A stretch of 64,000 nt of DNA from Octopus sinensis (Eukaryota). The position numbers were made by a program, and so were the translations under genes. Of the stretch, positions 1 through 13,267 are shown one piece after another. Numbering within the stretch: the first letter of the stretch is position 1; every line of letters begins with the position of its first letter. The notes beneath the pieces were generated by a model that was not told where the DNA came from, searched no databases, and saw only the letters and a list, made by a program, of their open reading frames with translations. The stretch is from positions 84,134,001-84,198,000 of the forward strand of contig NC_043006.1 in the NCBI RefSeq assembly GCF_006345805.1. Reading direction: 5' to 3'.

Positions 1-762
1 AAAGAGCCAGCCTTGTCAAACTGTCATCATCATTGTTTAACATCTGCTTTCCATGCTGGCATGAGTTGGACAGTTTGGCAAAGGACTAGCAAGCCAGAAG
101 GCTGCACCAGGCCCCATTCTGATTTGGCAAGGTTTCTGAATCAACATCATTTTATGTCTGCTTTCCATGCTGGTATGGGTTGGATGGGCCGTCACAGTCT
201 GAGTTGCTTCCCATAAAGGGCTATAGTTCCCAAAGTCTGCTTGTATCTATCATTTGATTCCACAGCTGGATGTCCTTCAAATACTTGCTACTTTACAGAA
301 TGTACTAGGTGCATTTTGTTGTGGCACCAACACTAGTGGAGTTGCATAATCCTTGGTAAGACAGAGCTTGAAGGATCCCTCATAGCCCCATATTTTCTCT
401 GTTTAGCTTACTACTTTACGGTAGATCTAAATTTGGAATGGGAATAACGAGAACAGAAAGCCTAGAAATGAGCGTTACAAACATGAGGAGAGTGGAGTAA
501 ATGTAGGTATAGAGAGAACTCAATATGCAAAGGTGTGCGCATTTGCATAGGTGACTTAGGAGAGGAGTTGGAGAGAAAGGATGATATTAGAGAGACCAGA
601 ATGGGTGGAAGGAACAAGAGTATGATGGAAGAAAACAGGGTTATATAGTTAGCAAACAGCAATACGTTGTTAGAGAGGGGCTGGAATGCCGCAAACCTCA
701 TCTCTCTCTTTCTCCATGCAAAATAGATGTATGTATGCTATATTTTTGATAAAGTGAATACA

Positions 763-1097
763 GATGCAGGCATGGCTGTATGGCAAGAAGCTTGCTTCCC
801 AACTACATGGTTCTGGGTTCAGTCCCACTGCATAGCACTTTGGGCAAGAGTCTCTTACTATAGCCTTGGGCCAACCAAAGCCACATGAGTGGATTTTGTA
901 GACAGAAACTGAAAGAAACCCACCGTGTGTGTATCTTGACAAATGATGTTGGTATGTTTATGTCCCTGTAACTTAGCAGCTTGGCAAAAGAGACTGATAG
1001 AATAAGTACTATGCTTACACTGGGGTCAATGTCTTTGACTAAAACTCTTTAAGGTGGTGCTCCAGCATGACCACAATCAAATGACTGAAGCAAAAGG
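763..1097 (+). mobile_element. tRNA-derived SINE family A, diverged copy
   Basis: Head tggctgtatggcaagaag...gggttcagtccc, central ttgggcaag, tail ggtgctccagcatgaccac..aaatgactgaa; homologous to 26660 and 56553 copies. Confidence 0.8.
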
Positions 1098-2172
1098 AAG
1101 GAAGGAATAAAGTAACCATTGCTTTGTAACATCTGAATGAATAAATAAATAAAACCAACAATTATATGGTCAAGTGTCTTGAGGTATTTAGCCACTTAAC
1201 GAAATGAGGGCTCATGGGGGCTTTTATGGTAGCTTGGGATGATGATGATCATCATCATCAAAGCTGAATGGTTTCACTGTTATTTACAGACCTGAGGCTT
1301 AACAACAACCACTTTAGATGTGCTATTTCTGGCTCCCTGTTCTCAAAAGCTGGTTCAATAATAATAATAATAATAAAGAAAAAAATTATGTTGTGAAAAC
1401 AAGTTAAAATAAAACAAAATTAAGAGCCTCTTTCTCCCCTACCACCTGTACCTCACCTTTTGAAATAAATCAAAATAGATATTATAAATCTGCAAAGTAC
1501 TTAATCTGGTGTCTAATCTTCTAAACACCTTTCTGTGTTAACGGGGTCAACTTCATATTACATATCTTTTCTTTTTTTTAAACCTATTTGCTTTTCTATC
1601 TCTACTTCTATGACTTTTGGCTTCCTGTTTCTTAAGTAGCATAAACATTTATTTCTTCCCTCTCTCCTTATGCTACATTATTCTGTCTCTCTCCTTCATT
1701 CTGTGCTGCTTTGCCCACATTCTATATTATGCCATTGAGGCTAAACCGTGTATTATACTGTACAGGCTACACTACATTATGCTGTACAGTCCTCTACTGC
1801 TTTCCAGTCTGCACTATATATTGTTATCCAAGCTAATTATATTATGCTGTCAGAATATAATCCTCATTGTTGCCCAGTCTATTCTCTATACTGTTGTTGG
1901 TGCTGCACTCCGTCTCACGCTGTCCTTTTACACTATATTATAGTGTCCAGCTTACACAGTCTGGTCTATACAATACATTGTATTGTCCAGGCTATGCTCG
2001 TTCACCAGTTTGCTTTTGAAATGTCTACCTTTACATAGACTCCACTCTCATTGCAACTCGCTTTTCTTATCTGAACATCAACAAGGACTTAAGCTACTTA
2101 CTTTTCTCCCTGCCATTCATGTCATCTATACTTCTTCCCAGTTCAACACCAGCAACTACTAGCAGTTGTTAC

Positions 2173-2204
<32 letters not shown>

Positions 2205-3615
2205 TCTTGTTCAGTTTCTAACTGCCAAATTTACTCAGAAGACACTGGTTGGTGTAGGGACTGAACCTGAAGCTATGAGGTTAAGCAGACTGCTTAACCA
2301 TATAGCCGTAGCTTTGCAAATTCTATTCAGGCACCCCTACCTGTAAAAATTTTCATAACTGTAATATAGTCATTGCTGCTTTACATGCTATGTGTATCAA
2401 CAGAGGAACACTGCTAAAAGGGTAACAAAGCCAAGATCTCTCTCTCCACACGCACATACATATATATAGACATACTCACACACATAGTTGCCCTAATAAG
2501 TTTTCATAAGCCAGTATACAACAGGCATTAATATATTAGGTCATGGAGTAGGCATCTAATTTATACAATTTTACAAATTTAGTTTCATAAAAGCCAATTC
2601 ATATTAACAAATGGTTTCATGTTGAAGGACCTTCCAGATGTGAAAAGATAAATTAACAATAATCAGACATGGCTAAATAGGAGAATATAGCTCAGGTTCT
2701 GAATGGGTGATTCCTGGACCATGTGATGTGTTGTGTTCTTGATCAAAACACTTCAATTCACATTGCTCTAGTTCACTCAGCTGGCAAAAAAAAAAAACAA
2801 GTGTTCCTGTGATGGACTGGTGCCCTGTCCAATGGGGACTTTATACACCAAAGAATCCAGGAAATATCCCTATGTGTCTATATAACTCAGGAAGAAACTT
2901 TATCTTTATCCTGAATGGAAGAGAGTAGATCAAGCTATGCCCATCCATTCAGCCTTGTTTAATGTTTGTTAAATTGTCTTTTTACACTTGGGAGGTTCTT
3001 TAACATGAATAATGCATATGTGTGTACATGTATTCATTTGAAGCGGACTGATTTTAATCGGCTCCTACTCATGAGTTTCTCATGATTGCACATTTGTTCA
3101 GGGGGTAAAATGTGCAAAAGCAAGAAGTGTTGAGTAGTAGTGAACCCACATCAGCTTCAAACAACTTCATAAGCTCTATTACTCATATTGAGTAATTTTA
3201 CTCCTGCTTGTACACAGAAGTATGTATCATGTACATGGAAAAGGTATAAAATGTCTTTTTTCATTAGTGCAATGTTAGAAGCTTTACTAGGCAGCAGAGA
3301 TTTACTATTCTTGTTTTCTGTCTATCAGTTGTCTTCCTTTACTTTTGGGCCAAAATTCTTTAATGGAACACTTCAAAATATATATTATCTTATTTTTATT
3401 TTGTGGGTTAAAACTGTTTGGGTAATATATTTTATTCTTCCTCTACAGCCTAATTCATTTTCACTGGATGATTCTGATAACATATAAAATGGTTAAAAAT
3501 CTATTTATATTTATGTTAGTAAAGTATAAAGGTAAATTGAAATGTTATGAATCATTCCATTTTTTCCCTCCTAGAAACAAAATACAATTAAAGAGTATCT
3601 TCAGTTCTATATAAC

Positions 3616-4165
3616 TGGCACTCCATAGGTTACAACAATGAGGATCCTAGTTGATCCAATCAACAGAACAACTTGCTCGTGAAATTAACATGCAAATAGC
3701 GGAGTACTCCACAAACAAGCATATCTATTTCTTTACTATCCACAAGGGGCTACACACAGAGGGGACAAATGGATTAAATCGATTATATCAACCCCAGTGC
3801 GTAACTGGTACTTATTTAATCGACTGTGAAAGGATGAAAGGCAAAGTCGACCGCAGTGGAATTTGGACTCAGAATGTAATGACGGGCGAAATACCGCTAA
3901 GCATTTCGTCCAGCGTGCTAACGATTCTGCCAGCTTGCCACAAACAAGCATACCTTTAATGTAGTTCTCAGGGAGATTCAACATGACACAGCTTATGACA
4001 AGGCTGGCCCCTTTGAAACATGGGTACTACTCATTTTTGTCTGCCAACTGGATTGGAGCAACATGAAATAAAGCACCTTGCTCAAGGGCACATGTGGCCA
4101 GGTATCAAACTTGTGACCTTATGATCATGAGCCGAATACCCTAACCACAAAGCCACACACCTTCA
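3616..4165 (-). mobile_element. tRNA-derived SINE family E, interrupted by a family B SINE
   Basis: Matches 13797-14111; reverse tRNA-like head at about 4100-4165; insertion at 3724-3937. Confidence 0.75.
3724..3937 (-). mobile_element. tRNA-derived SINE family B with 15-bp target-site duplication
   Basis: Reverse complement of the 40235 copy; flanked by ccacaaacaagcata at 3709-3723 and 3938-3952. Confidence 0.85.
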
Positions 4166-4390
4166 TATATATATATATTGTAATATATAGGTTGTAAACT
4201 ATTAAAGTACATTTTCCATAGTGCAAACATTATCTGATATAGACCTCAGTGTATTGGGTAGAGTGGATGGATGTTTATTCACACTTGGTTGAGCTGTTTG
4301 CAACTCATGAACAGCCTAGCTTGGGCTGGAACTCCAAGCAGACTGTCAACTTACAATACTCTAAACATCTCTCTCTCCCACCACATATCT

Positions 4391-4430
<40 letters not shown>

Positions 4431-4435
<5 letters not shown>

Positions 4436-4710
4436 CGTGACCGACCAGGCTATCAGATGTTACACATCGCTGGTCACAATGCGCTTCACATTGTTTTAGC
4501 CTTCAAATGATGCCACCCCTCTGGCTAAGCGAGCAGGCCAACAGAAGAAAGAGTGAGAGAAAGTTGTGGCGAAAGAGTACAGCACGCATCGCCACTACCC
4601 CCTGCCGGAGCCTCGTGGAGCTCAATAAACACTCACAACGCCCAGTCTGGAAATCGAAACTGCGATCCTACCGCGAGTTTGCTGCCCTGACCACTGGGCC
4701 ATTGCACCTC

Positions 4711-4712
<2 letters not shown>
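4431..4712 (-). mobile_element. tRNA-derived SINE family D
   Basis: Minus-strand head with A-box tggcccagtgg and B-box-like gtttcgatt; near-identical to 45741-46048 and 62358-62646; embedded in (TA)n. Confidence 0.8.
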
Positions 4713-4754
<42 letters not shown>

Positions 4755-7494
4755 GATTTCATTTAGGCATAACAATACTATACATGAATGCCAGACTTCT
4801 TCCAGTTTCTATCTAACGAATTCACTCAAGGATTGTGTTGGCATGGGGCTATAGTAGATGGCAATTGGCCAAGATGTTGTACAGACTGAATTTGGAAACC
4901 TGGTTGGGAAACAAACTTCTTAACCAGGCAACCATGCCCGTGCGTGTGTATATACCCCCCCCCCTCCACTCACAATCATTTCTATGTAGTCATTGACAAG
5001 AGTTTAAATAGAATCTGATTTGCATTTGTATACCAATTTATATTTTTCTTTAGTGACATGTATAGATATGTATACATAAAGGTATAGGTAAGTAGATAGA
5101 CAGATGTGTATGGTGGTTCAACAATTTCTTACTTGTAAAGTTTCTAATGAATTATTTTGTTCTGATGAAAAAAATTGCTCGAAGCACAAATGTTTATTTA
5201 TGCATTTATTGTTTTGCACCATTTTTTGGAATATTGTTTTATTAAATGGTTCTCAGTTCTTACCTTATATCATAATCTCAACTTCGCCCTTTTATACATT
5301 TGTCACTCGTACCTGGTGGTTAATTGATAAATTCCTGGTGTTCACCACCTGACATTGTTGTTTTATGTTTTTTATTTGTTTTAGTCTTTGGACCGCGGTC
5401 ATGCTGGAGCACTGCCATGAAGGGTTTTTAGTCAAACAAATCATTACCAGCACTTACTTTTTAAAGTCTGGTACTTATTCTATCATTCTTTGGCTGAACT
5501 GCTAAGTTACAGGGATGTCAACAGACCAACACCAGCTATCAGGCTGGGGTGGAGGGACAAACACATCAAGACACACCAACATAGATTTATGTAAATGGTG
5601 GGTTTTCACAGTTTCCATCACAAAACCTTGCTCAACCTGGAACCATAGTAGAAGACACCTATTTGTGTTGCGCAGTAGGACTGAACCTGAAGCTACATTG
5701 TTGCAAAGCAAAGCAAGCTTTTTAATCAGTCTTTTTTTTTTATACTTAGAAGACTGTAATCATATACGAAAATAAATTGAAATTTTGATTGATTGACCTA
5801 ATATCAATTTTGACAACTGTGTAAATTAGCATTAGCATACATTGACCCATTTGTGATCATATTTCTGTTACGGCTCGATTTATGTAGTTCAATTAAGATA
5901 AAGTGAATAAGAATTGGTAAGGATTTTGTTCCATAACTAGCTTTGTCATTAGAACATAACAAAAGCTACTTTGTTAAATTATTATGGAAAATTTTAATTT
6001 GAATGCAAACAGGCATTTTCGTGACATAGATTGAGATATCATTTCAGGTAAGTTAAGCACTTAATGTTTGACCCATTCACCTGTGTGTTTGGCTGTTCAC
6101 CAAAAGATTTGGTGGTTCATGCCCACTCACAGAAGAGCATCTCCATATAGGTGCTTGCAGGACAGAATGGTAAAAAGCTTGCTTCCCAATCACATGGCTC
6201 TGGGTTCAGTCCCACTGCATAGCCCCTTAGGCAAGTGTCTTCTACTTAAACTCTGAGCTGACCAAACCCTTGTGGGTGGATTTAGTAAACAAAAACTGAA
6301 AGAATTCCATTGTATGCATATACATTTATGTTTATGTCCCTGTAATTTTGTGGTTCAGCATGAGAGACTGATGGAATAAGTACCAGGTTTTGAAAAATAA
6401 GTACTGCGGTTGATTCATTTGACTATAATCGTTCAAGCCAGTGCCCCAACATGGCCACAGTCCAGTGACTGAAACAAGTAAAAGGTAAAAGTAACTAATG
6501 AGAATTATGTGGTGAGAAAATTAAATTTTTTAAAATTGTCAGTATTGATTTTTGTCTTTGAATGTTGCTTTTGTCATTTTCTCTTTTTCTATTATAAGGA
6601 CTTAGCTATATTGCATCTTTCCAACAAATACTAAATGGTTTAGTTCATTTCACAACCACGATGTTCTGGTTTTAATCCCTCTACACGGAGTCTTTGGCAA
6701 ATGTCGTTTTCTATAGCTTCAGATCAATCCACACCTTGTGAGGAAAATAAGGGAGACAGAAAGTGTATAGAAACCCATCAGGTAGATTGTAGCTGTAATT
6801 TAACAGGTACAGCCTCGCCTTATACATGGGTCACACTGGTTCTGTCTAAGAACTAGTTCCACTAAGAGTTCATTATTAATTCAGGAGCAGGTAATTCAGT
6901 AGATCAAACGAACAAATTTTCATAGTCAAATGACGGAGATCCCCACCAACTTCAAACTTGCAGCTCTTAGTTGGAAGTTCTTTCTAAGTATGTTTTGAGT
7001 AATAATAAATTTTAAAACTCTAATCATAATTTTATATTTGAATTAATTTAAGGCCTAAAACTAAATTATTCTCCAGTTTTTTCTATAATGAGTATTCAAT
7101 TGTTTGATCAACTTAACTACCTTCTCACTGAATTAGTAAGTGGCTGAGTACACCACAGATATGTTTACCTTGTCGTATAATCCTCAATTAGTATCACACA
7201 GAATGTGTCAAAACTGGATCTTTAAATCAGACAACCCTTCTACACAGTTTCCGTCTACCCACCTTCACTTATCAAGCTCAGATTGACTTGATGCTCTATT
7301 GTTAACAGGCACTTGTCCAAGCTGAACACTGAGGAATTGAACCCAAGAACTTGTGCTTTATAAAACAAACTTTGTGACTATTTAACCATTCTGAATGAGA
7401 GCTCAATTAAAATCTCCAGTTATTGACAACTGTATAAAGTCGACACAAAGTTGTTTGATTTTCATGTTTCTCTTTGTTTTCTAATTGTTTGCAG

Positions 7495-7653
7495 TTCTAT
7501 GTTATTTGGAGTTGGTTGCCAGCTCGATCAGCTGTTTGTCAGCCTAAACTGCTCTACACATCAGAAGAACATGGCGTGAGCTTAAGGACGCTTTATGTTA
7601 TGACAGAAGAATACGAACCAACAATCATTGTCATAAAGACTTTAACTGATGAG
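7495..7653 (+). CDS. TBC1D24: TBC1D24/skywalker-like protein, internal exon (start of TLDc domain)
   Basis: Pyrimidine tract + cag acceptor (7492-7494); 159 nt phase 0-0, FYVIWSWLPARSAVCQPKLLYTSEEHGVSLRTLYVMTEEYEPTIIVIKTLTDE, donor gtaatt. WSWLP...LLYT.EEHG.SL...EPT is characteristic of the TBC1D24/skywalker TLDc. Confidence 0.9.
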
Positions 7654-8166
7654 GTAATTATATATATTTCTAATTGTGGTATCTAAAGTATGTGTGTCTG
7701 AAGGAAGGGCATTACTAATACATAGCTTTTAGTTCCTTGGAGTTCTGCTAATTTAGGTTAGTAGAGTGTAAGAAAACAGGTGCTGTTGTTGTTTAACCCT
7801 GACCTCTGATGAATGGTATTCAAGTTGTGACCTTGTGATAGCAGCATATAATTTGAGGACAATTTTTTTGTTGTTGTTATTTCTAACAAGTTGTATGACC
7901 ACATAGTTCTTTGATTGATTCCAGGAGAGTGCAGAGTAACACCCTGTAATAATGACCACTATCTTATGAAGAATCACTTATCTGATACCCTTGGGACCAG
8001 GCATGTTTTGGAGTTTAGAATTTTTCAGATTTTGTTATTGGTATATTCACAGGGTATATTTTTGGTTATACCAAAGCACACACACACTGGACCTTAGCAC
8101 AATCCTCTAGTTTGACAGTTCCTGTCAAACTGTCCAACCTATGCCAGCATGGGAAATGGATGTTAA

Positions 8167-8387
8167 CCCTTTAGCATTTAGATTACTTTGTCAAATATAT
8201 TGCTTATTTATTCACATTGTTTTGAATTAATCAAGCATTATCTTGTAGCTTTGAGATTTTGATAATGATGTGGTATATTCTTAGAATGACTTTGTGGGAT
8301 AGGTGTAGGAGGCTAAATCTGGCTAGTTTGAACATGAAACAAGCTAGAATGTGTGAGCCTGATATCACTGGTTTGAATGCTGAAGAG
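8167..8387. mobile_element. piggyBac-type MITE inserted in the TTAA of a SINE C tail
   Basis: TTAA at 8163-8166 and 8388-8391; termini ccctttagcatt / aatgctgaagag; related copies at 8610-9698 and 23570-24541. Confidence 0.75.
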
Positions 8388-8669
8388 TTAAACAATGATG
8401 ATGATGATTTACCCTATGGTTTACTCATCTACACCTGGATTCTTACAAAGGTTTTTTGCAGCACATCCTTCATTCTACTACAAAGGACATCGTTTTTACA
8501 TATGCTCGAACCAGTTGGTCAAATAAAATTGTTGTCAACACATTTAATGTAGTGATAATTAAAAATCTAATTAGAATTAGTGTGATGGAGAAAAAAGACA
8601 TCAGTTCAACCCTTTAACATTCAGAATACTCTGAATGTAAGGCTTATTTATCCACATTATTTTCAACTA

Positions 8670-9537
8670 CCATAAATCCTCGAGTATAGTCAGCCCTTGA
8701 GTATAATATGCAGGGGATTTTTAGGGGGCTGTACCTCTGAAAAACCTAAACCTTGTGTATGATACGTACCCCTTCTCTAACTTGAGTCAAGGAGGTCTAT
8801 ATAACATCCTTGGTTTGTAAAAATGTATATGGTACCATCCTTTATTATTATCTCTCTATATAAACGGCAGTTTGTCTGTGCGTGTTTCTGTGTGTCTGTT
8901 TGCTTGTACCCTCACCCTGACCACGGCTTTCAACCGATTCTGATGAAACTTGACACACACATAGCCCAATGTCATAATTCAAAACTAACGCAGCGAAAAT
9001 TTTGAAAAGTTCCCCCAGTTCTGAAAAAAATCGATAAATTCGACATGGGGTCGAGAATCAGAAACACAAACCGTCTAGGGGACGCAACTCCACCTTTTTT
9101 TACTCTCAAAAAAAATTTACCATCATTTTTTTCCATTTTTTGGCTATAACTCTCTAAAAATGCTTTATAGTTATTTCCCTTACAAACCTGAGCAACGCCG
9201 GGCGATACTGCTAGTCGTATATATAACATAAAGCACACACGTTGCTTTTTTGTGCATTTTGTTTGTAGAAAATAACAGTAATAACGTTTAATAAATGTTG
9301 TTTACTGCAAGTTATGGATGATTCTTTTATGACTTCATTGCTTTCAGGCTTACCTTGAGGTATTTTCGCACCCGACATTACAGAATGCGTCTGAATTAAC
9401 ATTGCTGGACAGCAAATAGAGACTCGGACATTGCTTAGAAAATATTTTTCATTTTTAACTTTGTATATAGTACGCACTAAGGATTTTGACCGTTAAATTT
9501 TGGGAAAAAAATGCAGATTATACTCAAGGATTTATGG
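8670..9537. mobile_element. pogo/Tigger-like MITE
   Basis: TA|ccataaatcctcgagtata ... tatactcaaggatttatgg|TA: 19-bp inverted termini (1 mismatch) and TA duplication. Confidence 0.8.
8851..9214 (+). mobile_element. Non-autonomous Helitron
   Basis: Starts TC after A, ends CTAG before T; subterminal GC-rich hairpin-like cctgagcaacgccggg; no TSD. A related 5' fragment begins near 57475. Confidence 0.75.
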
Positions 9538-11926
9538 TAATCATTAATCAATCATCTCGTAGCTTTGAGATTTTGATGATGTAATTTTTTTTTAATGACA
9601 TGGTAGGACAGATGTGAAATGCTGGATCTGACCATTTTTTTTTTTTTAAACATAAAACAATATTTAGGCCAGCTATGGTTGGTTTAAATGTTAAAGGATT
9701 AATGATTAAATATTATTTTAACTAACTCCTGATCTATGGGAGATAATGCTGGAAAACACCATGAGCCAAAAAAGAAAAAATACCAAAGCCAAATGCTGCT
9801 AAGATTTAAATTCAAAATAGTGTGTGTGCACACGTGCGAAGACTGATACTTATGGCTTCGAATATGTTTATGGAAGACACTTTTGACAGACAAAAAGATA
9901 GCTACTTTGACATTACTGAAGAGGTACAACAACAATGATGGAATAATATTGCTACTAAGTGGAAGAGGGGAGTCACTATATTTCATAGGATGTTTCCATG
10001 GATATTGTCATGTCTAACTGCTGAGTTGTGTTAAGACCTGACATGTTTAAGTATCCTGTATATTTCCTCATGTTGTGCACCATTCTTCTGTTGTATAATT
10101 AAACTGTCTCAACCACATAAAAAAAAAATTTATCAGTATTCAAATCATTAAAACGAATCCTGGCTGACTGCAATTTTGGTTCTTCTATTGTTGAGCTGTC
10201 AGCAGACATGGTATGATTTTTGAAACTCGTCTCATTTCTTTTGTTAATTTTCAAAACATTCTGGGCTGAGCTAACAAAGAATATTCAATGGTTGTCAACC
10301 TGACCTAACTTTCAAATTTATGGTGGCACCATAAATCATCCTTTTAATGGTAATACTTTTCTGATATTCTTAAGTGTATTATGTAGTTTTCAGAAGAAAT
10401 GGATAAATATATCTGCCATGTAAAATTTAGGGTGGTACACTCAGAAAGTTTGTTTAAAATAAACAGTGCTGTATACAGTTAAACTAAATTTTGTTACACT
10501 TTATAGTTAGAGAGAACTTACTCTCAATTCACTACACTACCTTCTCTAAAAAAATGTGTAACCCTTTTAACTTAAGGGTGTGCCCCTACTTACTACCTGT
10601 ACTTGCAGTGGCATTCACTCAGGATAGGTTGAGCTGGCCCTGACCAACAAGTTAACCACATCCTACACAAATGCTGACCACATTCAACAGTTGGCCCTGA
10701 CTAAAGTAAAGCTTTTGCCAGCAACCCAAAAGTCCTGCTTGCAAGCATGTCGAATAGTTGTTGTTCGTTATTGAAGTTTGGAGTTTGTTCAGATTTTCAG
10801 TGGGAATACAGGTTCACATGCATAGACATTTTGGTATAGTGTGATCCATAGCAGCTCATCTAGCCATCAATTGTTGACCATTGCAGGGGATTCACTAACC
10901 AAGTCCCTGTCAGTTATCAGAGCAGATGTATCCTGGGTTTAAAGCAGGTGGTACACATGTTAGTTAACCCATGACTGGGACCCTAACAGATGCTACTACT
11001 CTGAGTCTGGGTATATTTGAGAATGGTCATGGCTAAGAAGTGATTCCCCACTCCTCAAAACCTTGGAACTCCTGTACCAAGGCCCCAATTACCAGATGCA
11101 GTTTAGTCTTATCTAGGACAACATGGTAAAGATGATATGCCACAGCACATCTTTACAACCATTTTCTCTTTCTCTCTTTTTCCAACTGGAGTTGCCATGT
11201 CTCCTTTACTGCAAGATACCTGTTTTTTTATCCCTCTATCATACCCTAATCTCATCACCTGGTACAAAGCCACCTCCCTCAACATTACTCCATTCTCAGT
11301 TGAGGGGGCTTGTCTTCCAATTTGCCCTGTGCTGGTGCCATGTAAAAAACTTCCGGTACACTCTGTAAAGTTGTTAGCATTAAGAAGGGCATGCAGCCAC
11401 AGCAACAATACCTAAGCACACATTGGAGCTTAGCACTGTCCTCTGGTTTGCCCATTCTTGTCAAACTGTCCAACCCATGCCAGCATAGAAAACGGACGTT
11501 ACATGATGCTGCTGATCTTTTCGCAGCAGATCTATGTTCTTCTTGAAATCACTTTTGTTTATGATTGAACTAACGGATAGCTTTTAAAATTATTTGAATT
11601 CCATTATTTAAACACAAGACCGTGAAAATGCCTTGCTGTAGTTAACTAAACTTTGAATTCAAATACTACCAGTGTCAGCTCTACCTATTATCCATCTGTA
11701 CATTCATAAAATAAATCAGTAAAGTACTGGTAAGGTGAGTTGAGGGTTATTAAATTAACCACATTCCCCTGCTCCAAAATTAGTGGCCTTGTTAATAATC
11801 AAGGGTGATGTACAGCAAAATCGATAAATCATTAACTGAAGTACTTTTGGGGATTTCATGGCTAATGCACTCAACAAGTAATAAAAAAAAATAGCCAACT
11901 TTATATATTTTTTCTTCCATCTTCAG

Positions 11927-12138
11927 ATATTTGGTGCATTCTGTTCTAGCAGTTGGTCTAACCGTAAGCAGAGCAGCAAAAATATTTCTTATTTTGGAAC
12001 TGGTGAGACTTTCCTCTTTACATTAAAACCAGAGCAGAAGAAGTTCCCTTGGATTGGTTACAGTCGACCAGACATTTCTCGGAATGCTGCTAGCATGTTT
12101 ATGGCTGGAGATAGTTCAGTTCTCATCATTGGAGGAGG
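11927..12138 (+). CDS. TBC1D24: TBC1D24/skywalker-like protein, penultimate exon (TLDc)
   Basis: cttcag acceptor; IFGAFCSSSWSNRKQSSKNISYFGTGETFLFTLKPEQKKFPWIG...SMFMAGDSSVLIIGG; donor gtgagt in phase 2; FGTGETFLF is a TLDc hallmark; in frame with the previous exon. Confidence 0.93.
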
Positions 12139-13267
12139 GTGAGTGATATAAAGTTCTTTGAATTTCTAATTAAAACATAAGACATTGTGAACACGAGTGG
12201 TGTCCATGACATGCTTACACATTACAGAAGAAAAGAATTGGAAATATTTATAAACAGAAATTGTAATTCTTTACCAAAGAATCCTCCCTTAATATCGCAG
12301 ACCAATGCCAACTGATCGACAGAAGCTTGTAGACACAGCACATTATATAAATCTGTTAATGTATTGTGTCTCCACTGCATGAAACTCTTAGTAGTTGATA
12401 TTTATCTTCCACTGGATGGAGTACTTTTTTTTGTTCATTCTATCTGTAATGGATCAGCAAACTATATTTATTTCACTTAGGCATTGCAATAGAATTCAAT
12501 ATATATATATGTCTCTGAATGCAGTAATAAGTAAGGAGATGACAACTGGAAACAGCTGTAAGCTAAGAGAATTGTTTATTCTTTTGACATCTGTTCTTAT
12601 ATCATCATCATCATCATTTAACTTACATGCATGCGTGGGTAGAATGGTTGTCAGGAGCCAGCCAGGTAGAAAACTACCCTAGCCTACTGTGTCAGTTTTG
12701 GCAAGGTTTTTACAGCTGGATGCCCTTCCTAACACCAACCACTCTGCAGGGTTGACTTTGGTGCTTTTTACATGGCACTAGCACAAGCGAAGTTAATTTT
12801 GACATGATTTTTACAGCTGGATGCCCTTCCAAATGCCAACCTCTTTACAGTGTGGACAGGTGCTTTTTACAGCACTGGCAGGGTCACCAAGTAACTTGAA
12901 AGACAAGGAATCATGAGAGGGACACAATTGTAAGGTTGCATTTGAAGAGGGGAACTTGTGACGGGGGCAGAAACAGGTGTCTTGCTATAATGGGCGGGGC
13001 ATTGGAGGTGTATACACACACACTTTCTGTGAATTTTATAACAAAGAACTTTAATAAGAAATTTCATCAAAATAGCATGAATCCTTTTCAGACTCTTTCA
13101 CATAATGGGAGACATGAAATTCTAAACAAAATTCGTTATATGTGCCCCCCACTTCTATCTCTATAAAATATCTGTCTATAGAATTTCATCCGGTTACACT
13201 TAACTTACTGGGAAGTAACTGCTTGTTTCTACTTCATGCTCCATTTTTTTTTTACTAAATATCTGGC

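Larger units (their letters stand above)
8610..9698. mobile_element. piggyBac-type MITE hosting nested insertions
   Basis: Both halves (8610-8667, 9540-9698) align to the 8167-8387 element; right end followed by TTAA. Confidence 0.7.

Noticed and set aside
1740-2000. ORFs 1617-1943 and 1748-2038
   Set aside because: Degenerate minisatellite of roughly 23-bp period; no protein-like features or splice support.
5054-5093. Small exon ending at TAG|GTAAGT in the TBC1D24 intron
   Set aside because: Would be 34 nt of low-complexity sequence, frame-shifting, with no similarity support.
10155-10212. Minus-strand CTGCTGA...AAAATTGCAGTC hammerhead-like motif
   Set aside because: Both core segments mutated and stem II poor; similar weak matches at 37442 and 42725 also rejected.
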